The notes under the pieces: model-generated
The model's database searches: none
What the model was told of the DNA's origin: nothing
What the model saw: only the letters and a program-made list of their open reading frames with translations
Position numbers and translations under genes: made by a program
Assembly: GCA_000004695.1 (NCBI GenBank)
Contig: CM000152.2
Span: 3,968,001-4,032,000, forward strand
Direction: 5' to 3'
Source of the DNA: Dictyostelium discoideum
Lineage: Eukaryota
DNA length: 64,000 bases
Part shown: positions 11,792 through 24,623 of the stretch, one piece after another
How positions within the stretch are numbered: the stretch's first letter is position 1
Layout of the letters: each line of letters begins with the position of its first letter

Positions 11792-13586
11792 ATGACAATT
11801 GGATTAGAACCAGCAGTTTCAAGCAAAACCAAAGATAAAATGGAGCAAGATTTATCTCCAATTGCTGATAAATCATGTAAAGAAAATAGAGAACTCGCAA
11901 AAGTAAATAATAACAATATTGATCATCATAATAATCACAATCAATTTTTCACATACTTATATGTATATTATATATTTTTATTATTATTATTATTATTATT
12001 TAGAGTGGCAAATTAATTGAAGCAATTGAAAATTTATTAATAACAGAAAAACAATGTCGTCAAGCAGAGGATTCACCATCAACATCAAAGATTGCAGCTG
12101 AAATTATTAAATTATGTTATGAAGCTGGAAGATTAGATTTAGTAAATGAGAAATTAGTATTATTATCAAAGAGAAGAGGTCAACTCAGACCAGCCATCAA
12201 AGCTATCGTTCAAGAATCAATGGTATATGTCGATCAAATTACTGATATGAAACAAAAATTAGAATTAATTGATACTCTTAGAACAATTTCAGATGGAAAA
12301 GTAATATATACATATATTTAAATTATATAATAGGAGTTTTATATATTCTAATTATTATTATTATTTTTAAATTAGATTTTTGTTGAAAATGAAAGAGCAA
12401 GATTAACAAAAACATTATCAAAAATTAAAGAGGATGAAGGTGATATTGCATCAGCAGCAAAAATTCTCCAAGATTTACAAGTTGAAACCTATGGTACAAT
12501 GGAAAAGAGAGAAAAGATTACATTCTTTATTGATCAAATGCGTATTTGTATGAATAATAAAGATTTTATTAGAGCACAATTGATAGGTAACAAAGTTAAT
12601 AGAAAAACTTTGGCTGAAGATGAGAATCAAGATCTTAAAATCGATTATTTCAAACAAATGATCCGTTACTTTTCTCATAGTGCAAATTATATTGAGATTG
12701 CACGTTGTTATCTCTCAATCTATGATACTCCTTCCGTTGAAAAAGATACACCTCAATTACTTCAAACACTTAAATACATTTGTATCTATGTAATTCTCTC
12801 TGCTTCTTCAAATGAACAATCTGATCTCTTAAATAGAGTTTATGAATTTAAACCATTAACTGATATTCAAAATTATAAGTAAGTAATAATAATAATAAAA
12901 AAAAAAAAAAAAAAAAATTATTTGTTTATTAACATTTTATTTTATTTTATTTTAAAAAAAAAAAAAAAAACAGAGATTTATTAAATCAATTTAAGACATT
13001 AGAATTAATTAGATGGAGTACATTCTTTGAACTTAATAAACCAGAATTAGATTCACAAACAGTTTTCAAAACTGAACCAAATGCATGGGAAGATTTACGT
13101 AAGAGAGTTATTGAACATGTATGTTTTTAATTTTTTTTTTTTTTTTTTTTAATTGAAAGATAAACTATTGATACTAATTTAACTTTTTTTTTTTTTTTAA
13201 AAAAATATTTAGAATATTCGTGTTATTTCAACTTATTATCAAAAGATTTCAACTGCAAGACTTGCAGAGTTATTGGATCTTTCTTTAGATGTAAGTAGTA
13301 TATTAAATATATAAATAATGATAATAAAAATAATAATAATAGATTATTAATTGTTATTTTTTTTTTTTTTTTTTAGGAATCAGAAAAATTCGTTTCAGAT
13401 TTAGTTTCAAATAAAACTATCTTTGCAAAGATTGATAGACCAGCTGGTATTGCAACATTCACCACAACCAATGATCCAAATAAAGTTTTGAATGCTTGGG
13501 CAAATAATATTACTTCATTATTAGATTTAGTTGAAAAAACAAATCATTTAGTTCAAAGAGAGTTTATGCTCCATAAAATTAATTAA
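11792..13586 (+). CDS. psmD12: 26S proteasome non-ATPase regulatory subunit 12 (Rpn5, PCI-domain lid subunit). Six exons: 11792..11902, 12004..12300, 12376..12878, 12974..13118, 13213..13290, 13377..13586. About 447 aa.
   Basis: The spliced protein is collinear with human PSMD12 along its whole length. Examples: SGKLIEAIENLLITEKQCRQAEDSPSTSKIAAEIIKLCYEAGRLDLVNEKLVLLSKRRGQL vs [90 protein letters not shown] vs [67 protein letters not shown]. All five introns are GT..AG (GTAAAT, GTAATA, GTAAGT, GTATGT, GTAAGT) with reading frame maintained. Stop TAA at 13584-13586. Confidence 0.9.
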
Positions 13587-13736
13587 TTTGGTTTATTAAT
13601 CTCTTGAAAATAATAATAATAATAATAAATAATAAATAAAAAAAAAAAAAAAAAACATTTTATGTCAATAATGTAGTAATACCCCTCCCAATCCTGATCC
13701 TAATATATAAAATAATAAATAGAACAAAAACATAAA

Positions 13737-13781
<45 letters not shown>

Positions 13782-13890
13782 TCTGAAATAATTATTGGAT
13801 TTTAAATTAAGTATTTTATTTATTTTAATTTTTTTTTTTTTTTTTTTATTATTTATTTTTTTATTTTTATTTTTGTTTTTTCTGATTAAA

Positions 13891-13928
<38 letters not shown>

Positions 13929-14007
13929 CAAAACGTTATTTTTTTTTTTGTTTTTATTTTTTATTTTATATTTCACCATCCATATTAATTAAAATAAAAA
14001 AAAAAAA

Positions 14008-14871
14008 ATGATACAAACAACATTTTCATCATATTTAGCAGAATCTTGGAATAAAATTGGAGAAATTAAAATTTTAAAACCAGGTGGTATGACATTAGAT
14101 TTTTCGATTGATGCATTAAATTTAACGATTCCAAAATGTAAAATCAATGAAAATATAAAGATATTGGATGTTGGGGCTGGGTTTGGTGTTTTATCAATTT
14201 ATGCATCAACTAATTATCCAAATAGTGAAATTATTGCAACAGATATTTCAAAATGTATGATTGATTCATTAAATTATTCAATTCAAGGAAACCAAATAAA
14301 GAATGTCACTGCCAAAGTAATGGATGGCCAAAGTATGCCAGAGCTACAATCTGAATCATTCGATTACTGTTTTTCAATGTTTGGTTTGATTTATTTCCCT
14401 GATAGATTAAAAAGTCTTAAAGAGATGTACAGATTATTAAAATCAAATAATAATTCAAAAGTTTCAATTGGTAGTTGGCAATCTGATGCTTTCTTACCAA
14501 TGGTATTAGAGAAAACTTATGAAAAAGTAACAGTTGGTAGTAGTGGTGGTTTGAAATTGACATCAAAACAACCAGCTTTATCATTAGATGATAAAGTTTT
14601 ATTCAAGAGTGAATTGGAACAAGCTGGTTTTAAAAATGTTGAAATTCACAGTATTGGTCATCCATTAGAGGTAACAACTGAAAGTTTATCAAATTATCTT
14701 AGACCCGAAAACCCAGTTGTTGATGATTTCTTTAAACTTATTGGTGATGATAATATTAATAAATTTAAAGAAACTTTTATTAACCTAGTCTTAGAATTAT
14801 TTCCAAAAAATGAAAATGGTTTTCATATTGTTCCATGGAATTCTTATATTGGTATTGGTGAAAAATTATAG
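14008..14871 (+). CDS. Class I SAM-dependent methyltransferase (Methyltransf_11/25-like), intronless, 287 aa; paralog 1 of a tandem pair.
   Basis: SAM-binding motif I ILDVGAGFGVLSIYAS, followed by an acidic post-I motif (ATDISKCM). Conserved C-terminal block FDYCFSMFGLIYFPDRLKSLKEMYRLLK. Single uninterrupted ORF. Confidence 0.7.
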   Translation: MIQTTFSSYLAESWNKIGEIKILKPGGMTLDFSIDALNLTIPKCKINENIKILDVGAGFGVLSIYASTNYPNSEIIATDISKCMIDSLNYSIQGNQIKNVTAKVMDGQSMPELQSESFDYCFSMFGLIYFPDRLKSLKEMYRLLKSNNNSKVSIGSWQSDAFLPMVLEKTYEKVTVGSSGGLKLTSKQPALSLDDKVLFKSELEQAGFKNVEIHSIGHPLEVTTESLSNYLRPENPVVDDFFKLIGDDNINKFKETFINLVLELFPKNENGFHIVPWNSYIGIGEKL

Positions 14872-14990
14872 AATTAAAAATTAAAATTAAAATAAAAAAT
14901 AAAAAATAAAAAAAAATAAAATTAATTTATCGTGGTGGGGTGTATATGTGTGTGGGTATGCGTGGTGTGAATGAACACTGTTCTAGAATT

Positions 14991-15028
<38 letters not shown>

Positions 15029-15102
15029 AGAATTTTTTTTTTTATTTTTTTATTTTTTTATTTTTTTATTTTTTTTTAATTTATAAATATAATTATATTA
15101 TT

Positions 15103-15966
15103 ATGTCAATTAATTCAACATTTTCATCATATAAATCAGAAGGTTGGGATAAATTATCAGATTCAACACTTTTAAAAATTGGTGGACCAACAGAACCATT
15201 TTCAATTGATGCACTAAATTTAACGATTCCAAAAGAGAAATTGAATGAAAAGATAAGAATATTAGATATTGCAGCAGGTGTTGGTAATTTAACAATTCCA
15301 GCAAGTAGACAATTCCCAAATTCAGAGATTGTTGCAACTGATTATTCAAAATGTATGATTGATTCATTGAATTTAATAATTGAGCAAAATAAAAATAATA
15401 TTAAAAATGTTAAAACTCTAATTGTTGATGGTCAAAATATGGTAGAGATCGAATCTGAATCATTCGATTACTGTTTTTCAATGTTTGGTTTAATTTATTT
15501 CCCTGATAGGTTATCAGGTATGAAAGAGATGTATAGAATTTTAAAATCAAATAATCAATCACGTACTTCAATTGGTAGTTGGCAATCTGATGCTTTCTTA
15601 CCCTCATTATTAGAGAAAACTTATGAACAAGTAACAAGTGGTAGTGGTGGTGGTTTGAAATTAACATCAAAACAACCAGCTTTATCATTAGATGATAAAG
15701 TTTTGTTTAAGAGTGAATTGGAACAAGCTGGTTTTAAAAATGTTGTAATTCATAGTGTTAAACATATAATTAAAATCAATGATTTAGAACCATTATTATC
15801 ACCTAAAAATCCAATTGTTGATGATTTCTTTAAATTAATAAATTATGAAAATATTGATAAATTTAAAGAAACTTTTAAATCAATTGCAAATTCATTATAT
15901 AAAAAAGATGAAAATGGTAATTATTTATCTGAATGGAATTGTTTTATTGGTATTGGCGAAAAATAA
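15103..15966 (+). CDS. Class I SAM-dependent methyltransferase, intronless, 287 aa; paralog 2 of the tandem pair, roughly 55-60% identical to 14008..14871.
   Basis: ILDIAAGVGNLTIPAS motif I. FDYCFSMFGLIYFPDRLSGMKEMYRILKSNN and SIGSWQSDAFLP..LEKTYE..GGLKLTSKQPALSLDDKVLFKSELEQAGFKNV are shared near-verbatim with the upstream paralog. Confidence 0.7.
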   Translation: MSINSTFSSYKSEGWDKLSDSTLLKIGGPTEPFSIDALNLTIPKEKLNEKIRILDIAAGVGNLTIPASRQFPNSEIVATDYSKCMIDSLNLIIEQNKNNIKNVKTLIVDGQNMVEIESESFDYCFSMFGLIYFPDRLSGMKEMYRILKSNNQSRTSIGSWQSDAFLPSLLEKTYEQVTSGSGGGLKLTSKQPALSLDDKVLFKSELEQAGFKNVVIHSVKHIIKINDLEPLLSPKNPIVDDFFKLINYENIDKFKETFKSIANSLYKKDENGNYLSEWNCFIGIGEK

Positions 15967-16593
15967 AATAAAAATAAAATAAGATTAAAATTTTATTATT
16001 TATTTTTATAATTATTTGTAATTATTTGTAATTGTTTTTTTTTTTTTCTTTTAATTTTTTTTTTTACTTTTTTTAAAAGTGGTTGAAATTAACAATAATT
16101 TAACTAATTTTATTTCTAAATACATTTATTATTTTATTTTTTTCAAATCCAAATATATATTTATAAAAAATAAAATGTTTTTTTTTTTTTTAAAAAATTT
16201 ATTAGTTTGTAAAATTCCAATCATTTAAAAAGAAATTCTAATTCTTCACCCCACCTTTTGTATTTACATTTGTAAAAAAAAAAAAAAAAAAAAATATGAT
16301 GTGTGGGGGGGGTGTAATGTCTTAAAGTTTATTTAGGTATATTAATTTTAGAATAAGCAGCAGTATTATTTGACAATTTATATTAAAATATTAAAATAAT
16401 TTTTATTCTCTTTCTAATTATTTATTTAATTTTTATTATTTATATTTTATTTTTTATTTTAAAATTATTTTATTTTTTATTTCTTTCTGGAAAATAAAAA
16501 AAAATAAAAAAAAAAAATTTATTTTTAAACAAAAACACAAAAACACAAAAACAAAATAAAAACAAAACAATAAAAATTATATTTTGTAATAAA

Positions 16594-18192
16594 ATGATCA
16601 AAAAAAATAAATTACTAGTTTTAATAATTTTAAATTTTTTAATAAATTCTATTTGTAAGTAATAATAGAAAAAAAAAAAATATTAATAATAATAATTTAA
16701 TTAATTTTTTATTTTTATTTATTTTATTTAAAAAGATTCTGATAGACCATTAATCAATTATATTGAACCATTAACTAGAAATGATAATAAATTATCAGTG
16801 TTTGGTAGATTTTTTGGAGAGAAATTACAAGATGTTAAAGTTGAAATCGATGGTAAACCATATAAAATAAGTGAATGGAGTAATTCAAGTTTTGAAGTAA
16901 CTTTACAACCACCAAATCCAAAGCAATCAAAAATTAAAGTTACAACACCAATTAATTCTGTTGAGAAGGAGATTTACTTTTTAAATGAAAATTGTTTAGG
17001 AATTGATGTTTGTAATGGGCATGGAATATGCATTAAAAATAGTACAGAATGTGTATGTAATGAACCATGGTCTGGTAAAGATTGCTCCATAATCACTGGC
17101 GAATCTATGATAGAGTTAGTTGATAAACCTAAAGTTTACACATCAACAAAATTAAATATTTTTAAAATTCCTGAAATTGAAAATATTAATTTTAACACTA
17201 GTTTTGGATTAGTATTAAAAGAGTATACTAAGAATGATATAATTCTTAACACTTATTTATTAACGCCCTCTATTCAATATGGGAGTATAAAAGGACCAGA
17301 TTTACAAGTTTACAGATACAGAACCAATACATTAATATCTTCGTCAGATCATTCATTCAATTGTGACATCACTCTAACTCATTATCAATCTAATCAAACT
17401 AAAAGTTTCTATAATCAATATATTAATGAATTAAAAGATTCATTTGCATTGAGTGTAATAATTAATAATTTCATACCAATTTCACCAACTAATAAATTAA
17501 CATTATTCATTTATCCAATGATAAAATCAAAGAAATCATTTGGTGGTAAATTAAGTACAATTGTCAATGATAATAATAATAATAATAAAATTGATGAAAA
17601 TGATGATGGTCAATACATTAATGGTACAACAAGTATTAAAATGTCAATTGGTACTCAAAAATTAAGAATTAATCTTTATAATTTTGGTTTATTTTCTCAA
17701 AAATTTACAACTTTTAATACTTCAATTGTTGAAATTTTTAATAATACAAATAATATAAATAATACTAATAATAGTGATAGTAGTGATAATAGAGTTATTG
17801 ATAATGATATTTATTCTATAATTTCAATAACTTCAAATTCATCAAAATATATTTATTTTAATGCAGATTTTTATCCATATTTGGATGATTCTGAAAATGT
17901 AGATAGTTCTGATAAATTAACTTTATTTAGTGACGAAGAGAGTGGTAGTAGTGATAGTATTAGTAGTAGTAGTGGTAGTGGTAGCAGTAGCAGTAGTAGC
18001 AGTGATAATAATACAAGGAATATTATTGATGATAGTAAACATAATTTAACACCAACTCAAAATATTACTACCGAAGTTAATCATGAAAATCATCAAAATG
18101 AAAGTAATAGTAGTAGTAGTATTGGAAATAAATTACCAATTTCGATAATAACTTATTTTGGCCCTGTTTTTATTTTTTGGAAGTTAATTTGA
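16594..18192 (+). CDS. Secreted or membrane protein with a signal peptide, an IPT/TIG-like domain, an EGF-like domain, a Ser/Asn-rich region and a hydrophobic C-terminus. Exons 16594..16654 and 16736..18192.
   Basis: Exon 1 encodes MIKKNKLLVLIILNFLINSI (signal peptide), donor GTAAGT at 16655, acceptor AAAAG at 16734-35 (phase 1). IPT-like: INYIEPLTRNDNKLSVFGRFFGEKLQDVKVEIDGKPYKISEWSNSSFEVTLQPP. EGF-like: CLGIDVCNGHGICIKNSTECVCNEPWSGKDCS. C-terminus LPISIITYFGPVFIFWKLI (TM or GPI signal). The architecture resembles Dictyostelium Tgr/IPT-EGF surface proteins. Confidence 0.65.
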
Positions 18193-18736
18193 AACCTTTC
18201 CAAAAATAAAAATAAAAATATAAATAAAAATTTCATTACCGAATTAAAAACCTATTCCAGTATTTCATTTGTTTTCAGATATGAAAGAAACAATCGGTGA
18301 TGTCGAACTATATTTATAAATTTATTAATAAAAATAAAAAAAGGGAGTATTTTTTTTTTTTTTTTTTTTGTAACCCATTTTTTTTGTAACCCATTTTTGG
18401 AAAATTTAATAAAGATTTATTACTTTTAAAATATGTTTTGTTTTTTTTTTTTTTTTTTAATTTATTTCATTTTTTAAATTCCCAAAAAAGAGAACAGTGT
18501 TAAAACAAATGTTTTTTTTATTTTTAATTTTTTATTTTTAATTTTTAATTTTTTATTTTTATTTTTTATTTTTAATTTTTTTTTTTTGAACAAAAATTTT
18601 TGAAAAATTAATTTTTTATTTTTTTGAAACAAAATTTTAAAACAAAGCAAGTTTGTATTTGTGTATATATATGATTATATAAATATCAATTTTTTGGTTT
18701 TCTATTTTTTATATATATATATTTTTTTATTTATTT

Positions 18737-19486
18737 ATGTCAAATTATAATAATAACAATAATAATATACCAATTTTAAAAAACAATGTAAAACCTCGTC
18801 AATATCAAGAAGATGCATTCAATCAATGTATTAGTAGAAATACGATTTTAGTTTTACCAACTGGTATGTATTATTATTATTTCATTTTATTTTTATTTTT
18901 AGTTTAGGTATACTAATTTATTTAATGGTTTTTTTTTTTTATTATTTAAATTTATTTAAATTTATAGGTACTGGTAAAACTTTAGTATCAATTTTAACAT
19001 TTTTAAAAATGTTTGAAATAAATGAAAAAAAAAATAATGATAAAGTTGCATTATTTTTAGTAAATAATATTTTATTAGGAAAACAACAAACCGAGACGAT
19101 AAAGAATTTAACTGATAAGAGAGTAATGGTTTTAAGTGGAGACGATTTATCATTTCAAACTAAAAAGAAAAACTATGATATAGTTGTTGCAACGCCACAG
19201 ATTTTAATGAATTTAATTAATAAGAATAAAATTAGAATTGATAATTTTCATTTCATAATTTTCGATGAAGTTCATAATGCTACTGGTTTGGATAATTATT
19301 GCAAGATCATGTCTTTAGTTAAAAATTTAGATCCACCATTTAGACCAAGAATCCTTGGTTTAACTGCATCGGTTTTAAAGAACGCTTCAAATTATACCAC
19401 TGAAAGAGCAACCAATGAAATTAAAAAGTTGGAAGATATAATGTTATCAAAAATCTATTGTCCATTAATTGAAATATTTAAAGATC

Positions 19487-19520
<34 letters not shown>

Positions 19521-22500
19521 TCATCATCATCAATCACCTAATTTTGAAATTTATGAACCATCTATTCAACAAACTAAATTAACTTCAATCATTTCAAAAT
19601 TAATCATTGATAAAACTAGATATCTCTCAAAGAAAAATGGTCATAAAGATGTAAAATTGGAACAAATTGAACTTCCAATTTTAAAATTCATTCAATCATT
19701 ATCAAGTTTAAAACCAAAATTAACTTCAGAAAGAGATTCAAGTGAATATGCTACAATCGTTAATTTATGTAATAGTTTAACAACATTATCAATTGAAGGA
19801 CCACAACAATGTTTAACTTCAATTACTGATGGTTTTGTAAATGGTATAATTTATCAACAATTAATAGATTATGATTCAGAAGAAAATCAACAACAACAAG
19901 AAGAAGAAGAAGAAGAGGAAAAAGAAGATGAAGATGATGGTATTGAAATGAAAACCAATAAATTTAAATCATTATTAAAATTATTAAGTATTGAAATTAA
20001 AGAAAATAATATAAATGATAAAATAAATTGTATTGTATTTGTTGAAACCAGAGATACTGGTAAAAAATTATTAAATCTATTAATTAGTGAGAAGGAAATC
20101 TCAAAATTAAATCCAAAATTAATCTATGGTCATAATGGTAGAAATGGTATGAAACATAGTGAACAACAACAAATCATTCAACAATTTAAAGAAGGTGTTT
20201 GTCAAGTATTGGTATCAACAAATGTATTAGAGGAAGGTATAGATATTAAAGAATGTAATTCTGTAATTTGTTTTGATAATCTTTATAGTTTAAAATCATT
20301 AATTCAACGTCGTGGTAGAGATAGAACTTGTTCATCATTTACATTAATTCTTGAACAAGATCAACGTTTAAGATTAGAGGATTTAATTAAAAGTGAAATC
20401 ATTATAAATAGATCATTAATTGATATAATGACTGATAGAATGAGACAAAAAGAATTATCTACTTCATCATCTTCAACATCTTCATCTTCATCATCATCGT
20501 CAAATAATTCAATTTCAATGGTTTCTTCTTTATCATCTTCATCATTATCACCTTCTTTATCAACATCATCAAGTGGAGTTGTAACAGATGAAGAAAATAG
20601 TATTTATGATTATCAAACTTTTTTCTTACCAATTTTCCATATTAAAGAGAATGAATATGAATCATTCAAAGAGTATTGTTTTAAATATAATATAAAATGT
20701 TCAAAAGAAGCTGCTGATATAGATGATGATAGTGATGATGATGATGAAAATGATAGTGACAGTGATAGTGATAGTGACGGTGACAGTGACAGTGATAATA
20801 ATAGTAACAGTGATAATAATAGTGATCGTGATGAAGCAATTAAATTAAAGAATGGACCATTAGTAATTTGTTCAATTGAAAAGAAAGGTAATGAATTTCA
20901 TGAACCTTATTTATCTAAATTCTTATTGTTAAATATTAAAGTTGATTCAACAGAAAAAGATACACTTATCAACAAGTTTACAATTTATTTATCAAAGAGA
21001 TTTGGATATTGGATAAATTATAGTCATTATATTGATGCAATAGAATTAGATAATGAACAAGAGATTAACAATACCTTTGAATTGGTTAAAGAGACCTCTA
21101 GACCATCAGAGGCAAAAACTAAATTTGAATTTGGTAATATTTTAAATTCACCACCATTACAATTCAATAAAGTCGATCATTTCAATTCTAATATCGAATC
21201 AATTATCATTAGAAAAGATCATATAGTATTTAAGAGTGTTCAAAATAGTAGTGGTAATATTTATTATCTTCATCATATGTCATGTCGTGATGTTGAACAA
21301 TATTGTCTATACACTCCCCCAACTTTAATTAGAACGGGTAGTTCAAAGTTAACAAACTCTTATGACTTTTATTTCTTGGTTATTAGACCTATAACATTGG
21401 TTAGAGTAAAATATGATTGTAAATCAAAGAGAACCTTTACAGATGAAATAGAAATTGAAAATAAAAATTTTGGTAGATCTTTTGTTTATAAATTCACAAT
21501 TAATTTAAATTTTGAAAAAGTTAATAGATTACTATCACAATTAAAATATATTGGTTTTGATTTATATTTATTTAGAAATGTTAATAATAATGAAAATAAT
21601 AATAATAATAATAATAACAATACTAATAAAAATATTAATAGTAATAATATTATTATTAATAATAATAATAATAATAATGGTAATAATATAAATAATATTA
21701 ATAATGGTAATGAATTAAATTTTCAAAATATTAATAATGAAGAAATTTATTACTTAATTAATTCATTAAATTCAGAAAGATCCTTTGGTAGAATTATAAA
21801 TCAAGATTTTGTAAATCAAATTATTGATTTATTAAAATCAAATAGAATTGAAGAAGCAAGATATATTATTGGTGTTGCATCAACAAAGAAAACAAAATTC
21901 TTTGATTATTCAAAATTATTTAAAAAAGTAATTTCTTTAAATGGTAATTTTAATAATATTGATAGTGGTGATATTAATGATAATAATAATGGAAATTATA
22001 ATATTATTGAAGAATTATATAAAGATAAACCAATACAATCAAATAATGGTTGGGTATTAATTAATGAAATATTTGTAACACCATCAAGAATTGTATTAAA
22101 ACCACCAAGATTAACATTGGGTAATAGAATTTTACGTAAATTTTCACCAGAGAAATTCATTTTATTCAATTTTACAGATGAAAATTTAGAACCATTTAGA
22201 GGTTTAAATAAAAGTTCACCATTAACAAAAACAATTGAAAGAATCTTTAATAATGGTATTGAAATCATTCAAGGATCTGGTAAGAAATACTTTTTCATTG
22301 GTTGTTCTCAATCTCAAGTTAGAAATTATTCAGCATGGTTTGTATTGGAAGATAAAGTTACCAATGAAAAATCGGCATTAAATTGGAGTGGTATAAAATA
22401 TGAATCACTTCAAATGATAAAAGTATTTAGAAATCTTTGTTTATTATTTTCCACCACTTTAAAATCTCAAGTTATCTATAAAATTGAAATGATACCTGAT

Positions 22501-24586
22501 ATTATCTCAAAGGAAGGTCATAATTTTACAGAAGGTTGTGGTTTCATTGGTTCTAAATTAGTGGAATTAATTAATCAACAAAATAATTACAACTCAAGTA
22601 CTTGTGCCTATCAAATTAGACTTGGTGGTTCAAAAGGTGTTTTAGTATTAAATGAAAATATAGATGAAATGTCACTTCAAATTAGACCAAGTATGAGTAA
22701 ATTCGAATTGGATTACAAAAGTGGTCAATTAGATGAAGAACATAAAACATTGGAAATCGTATCGGCATCAACTACAAGTAGATGTAAACTCAATAGACAA
22801 GCCATTACATTATTATCGAATGCAGGTGTTGAAGATTCAACTTTTCTTCAAATGTTAGAGGTGGAGTTAAATCAAAACGCTCAAACATTGGTTGATGTTA
22901 ATCTTTCAAAAGAACTTTTAGGTGATTTCTTTCAACATATTACAGAATATGAACTATTCAATGATTACTATATTAGAAGTATTCTTTTAAAACTTTATAA
23001 ATCAAAGTTAATTAAAATTCAAGATAAATGTTGGATCGAAGTAAAAGAGAGTAGAAATCTATTGGGTGTTTGTGATACATCTGGTACTTTACCAGAAGAT
23101 ACTGTCTATATTGAAGTTGAAGAATTAGATCCAATCGATAATTTAATGAAACCAAAGGTTATAATTGGTAGAGTCGCAGTTTTAAAGAATCCATGTCATC
23201 ATCCTGGTGATGTTAGATTCTTGAAAGCAATTGATCATCCACCACTCAATGGTAAAAGAAATGTATTATTCTTTTCAACAAATGGTATGGTACCAAATTT
23301 CAAACAATGTTCAGGATCAGATTTAGATGGTGATAGATATTTCGTAATTTATGATCAAACTTTAATTAGAGAAGATTTAATAACTCATGAACCTTATTTA
23401 GGTGAAGAACAAACTGTAAATCCACTCATTGGTGAAGAAGATAGTGATGATGATCAATATGAAAATGATGATAATGATATTACCATTCCAACTTCAACAA
23501 CTACAAAATCAACCAATAACACTCCCACTAAACTATCGGATATTTATTTAAAAAATGTTGATAAATCAAAATTAGGTACAATTTCAAATACACATTTAGC
23601 CATCTCTGATATTGAAAAAGTTTCAAGTATAAACTCAATAAAAGTTGCAATTCAATGTGCAATCGAAGTTGACTCTGTAAAAACCTCTGTTCATGGTATA
23701 ATTCCACGTGATGTAAAATCAATACTCAAAGAGAAAGGTTATCCTCACTTTATGAAAATTAAAAATGGTTCCACTTTTGAATATAAAGGTGGCAATCAAA
23801 GAAAATATTATATCAGTGATCGTGTTATTGGTAAAATCTATGATTCTGCAGAGAATTTATTATGGTTTGGTGACTTCTTACCAGAGGCAAAAGTCGATGA
23901 ATCTTTATTGGTCCAAGGATACAAAGAGTATCTAAACCATGAAAACTTTACAACCTATATGGATTATAAATCTAAAATCAATTCAATACTTAGAAGATTT
24001 GGTGCTCAAAGTGAAGAAGATCTTTTAATTGGTTTTATGGATCCACAATTTAGTGAAAAATTATCAATTGAAGCTAAAGCTCATTTCAAATCAAACTATA
24101 ATTCAATTCAAAAACTTTTCTATCATAATTTCTTAAATGAATTTAGAAAGAAATCAAATAATAATAATAATAATAATAATAATTTATCAATGTTACAAAT
24201 TGAAGAAGAGGAAGAATTAATCAATGAAAACTATACAGAAATTGAAAAGAAAGTTTGTGCTTGGTATTTCATCTCTTATTCAGATCCTGAAAATGATAAA
24301 ACTTTAGGTTTCTATAGATCAGTTAAAGGTTTATTAAAAACTACTGAAATTAATAATTTTGAAACTCAAAAACATAATGATAAAAAACCTTTAAATTTAA
24401 GTATTCTATCTTTTGCTAAAGAAATGAAAGATACATTACTTTTTGGTTATCAAGAAAAACTTTTAATATTTGATGAAATTAAAGAAATCTTAAATGATCA
24501 TTTATTGGAAAATCAACTAAATGATCATTTCATTTTTAATTTATTATTTTCTGGTCAACAACAAAATAATAATCATCAACAAGAAG

Positions 24587-24623
<37 letters not shown>

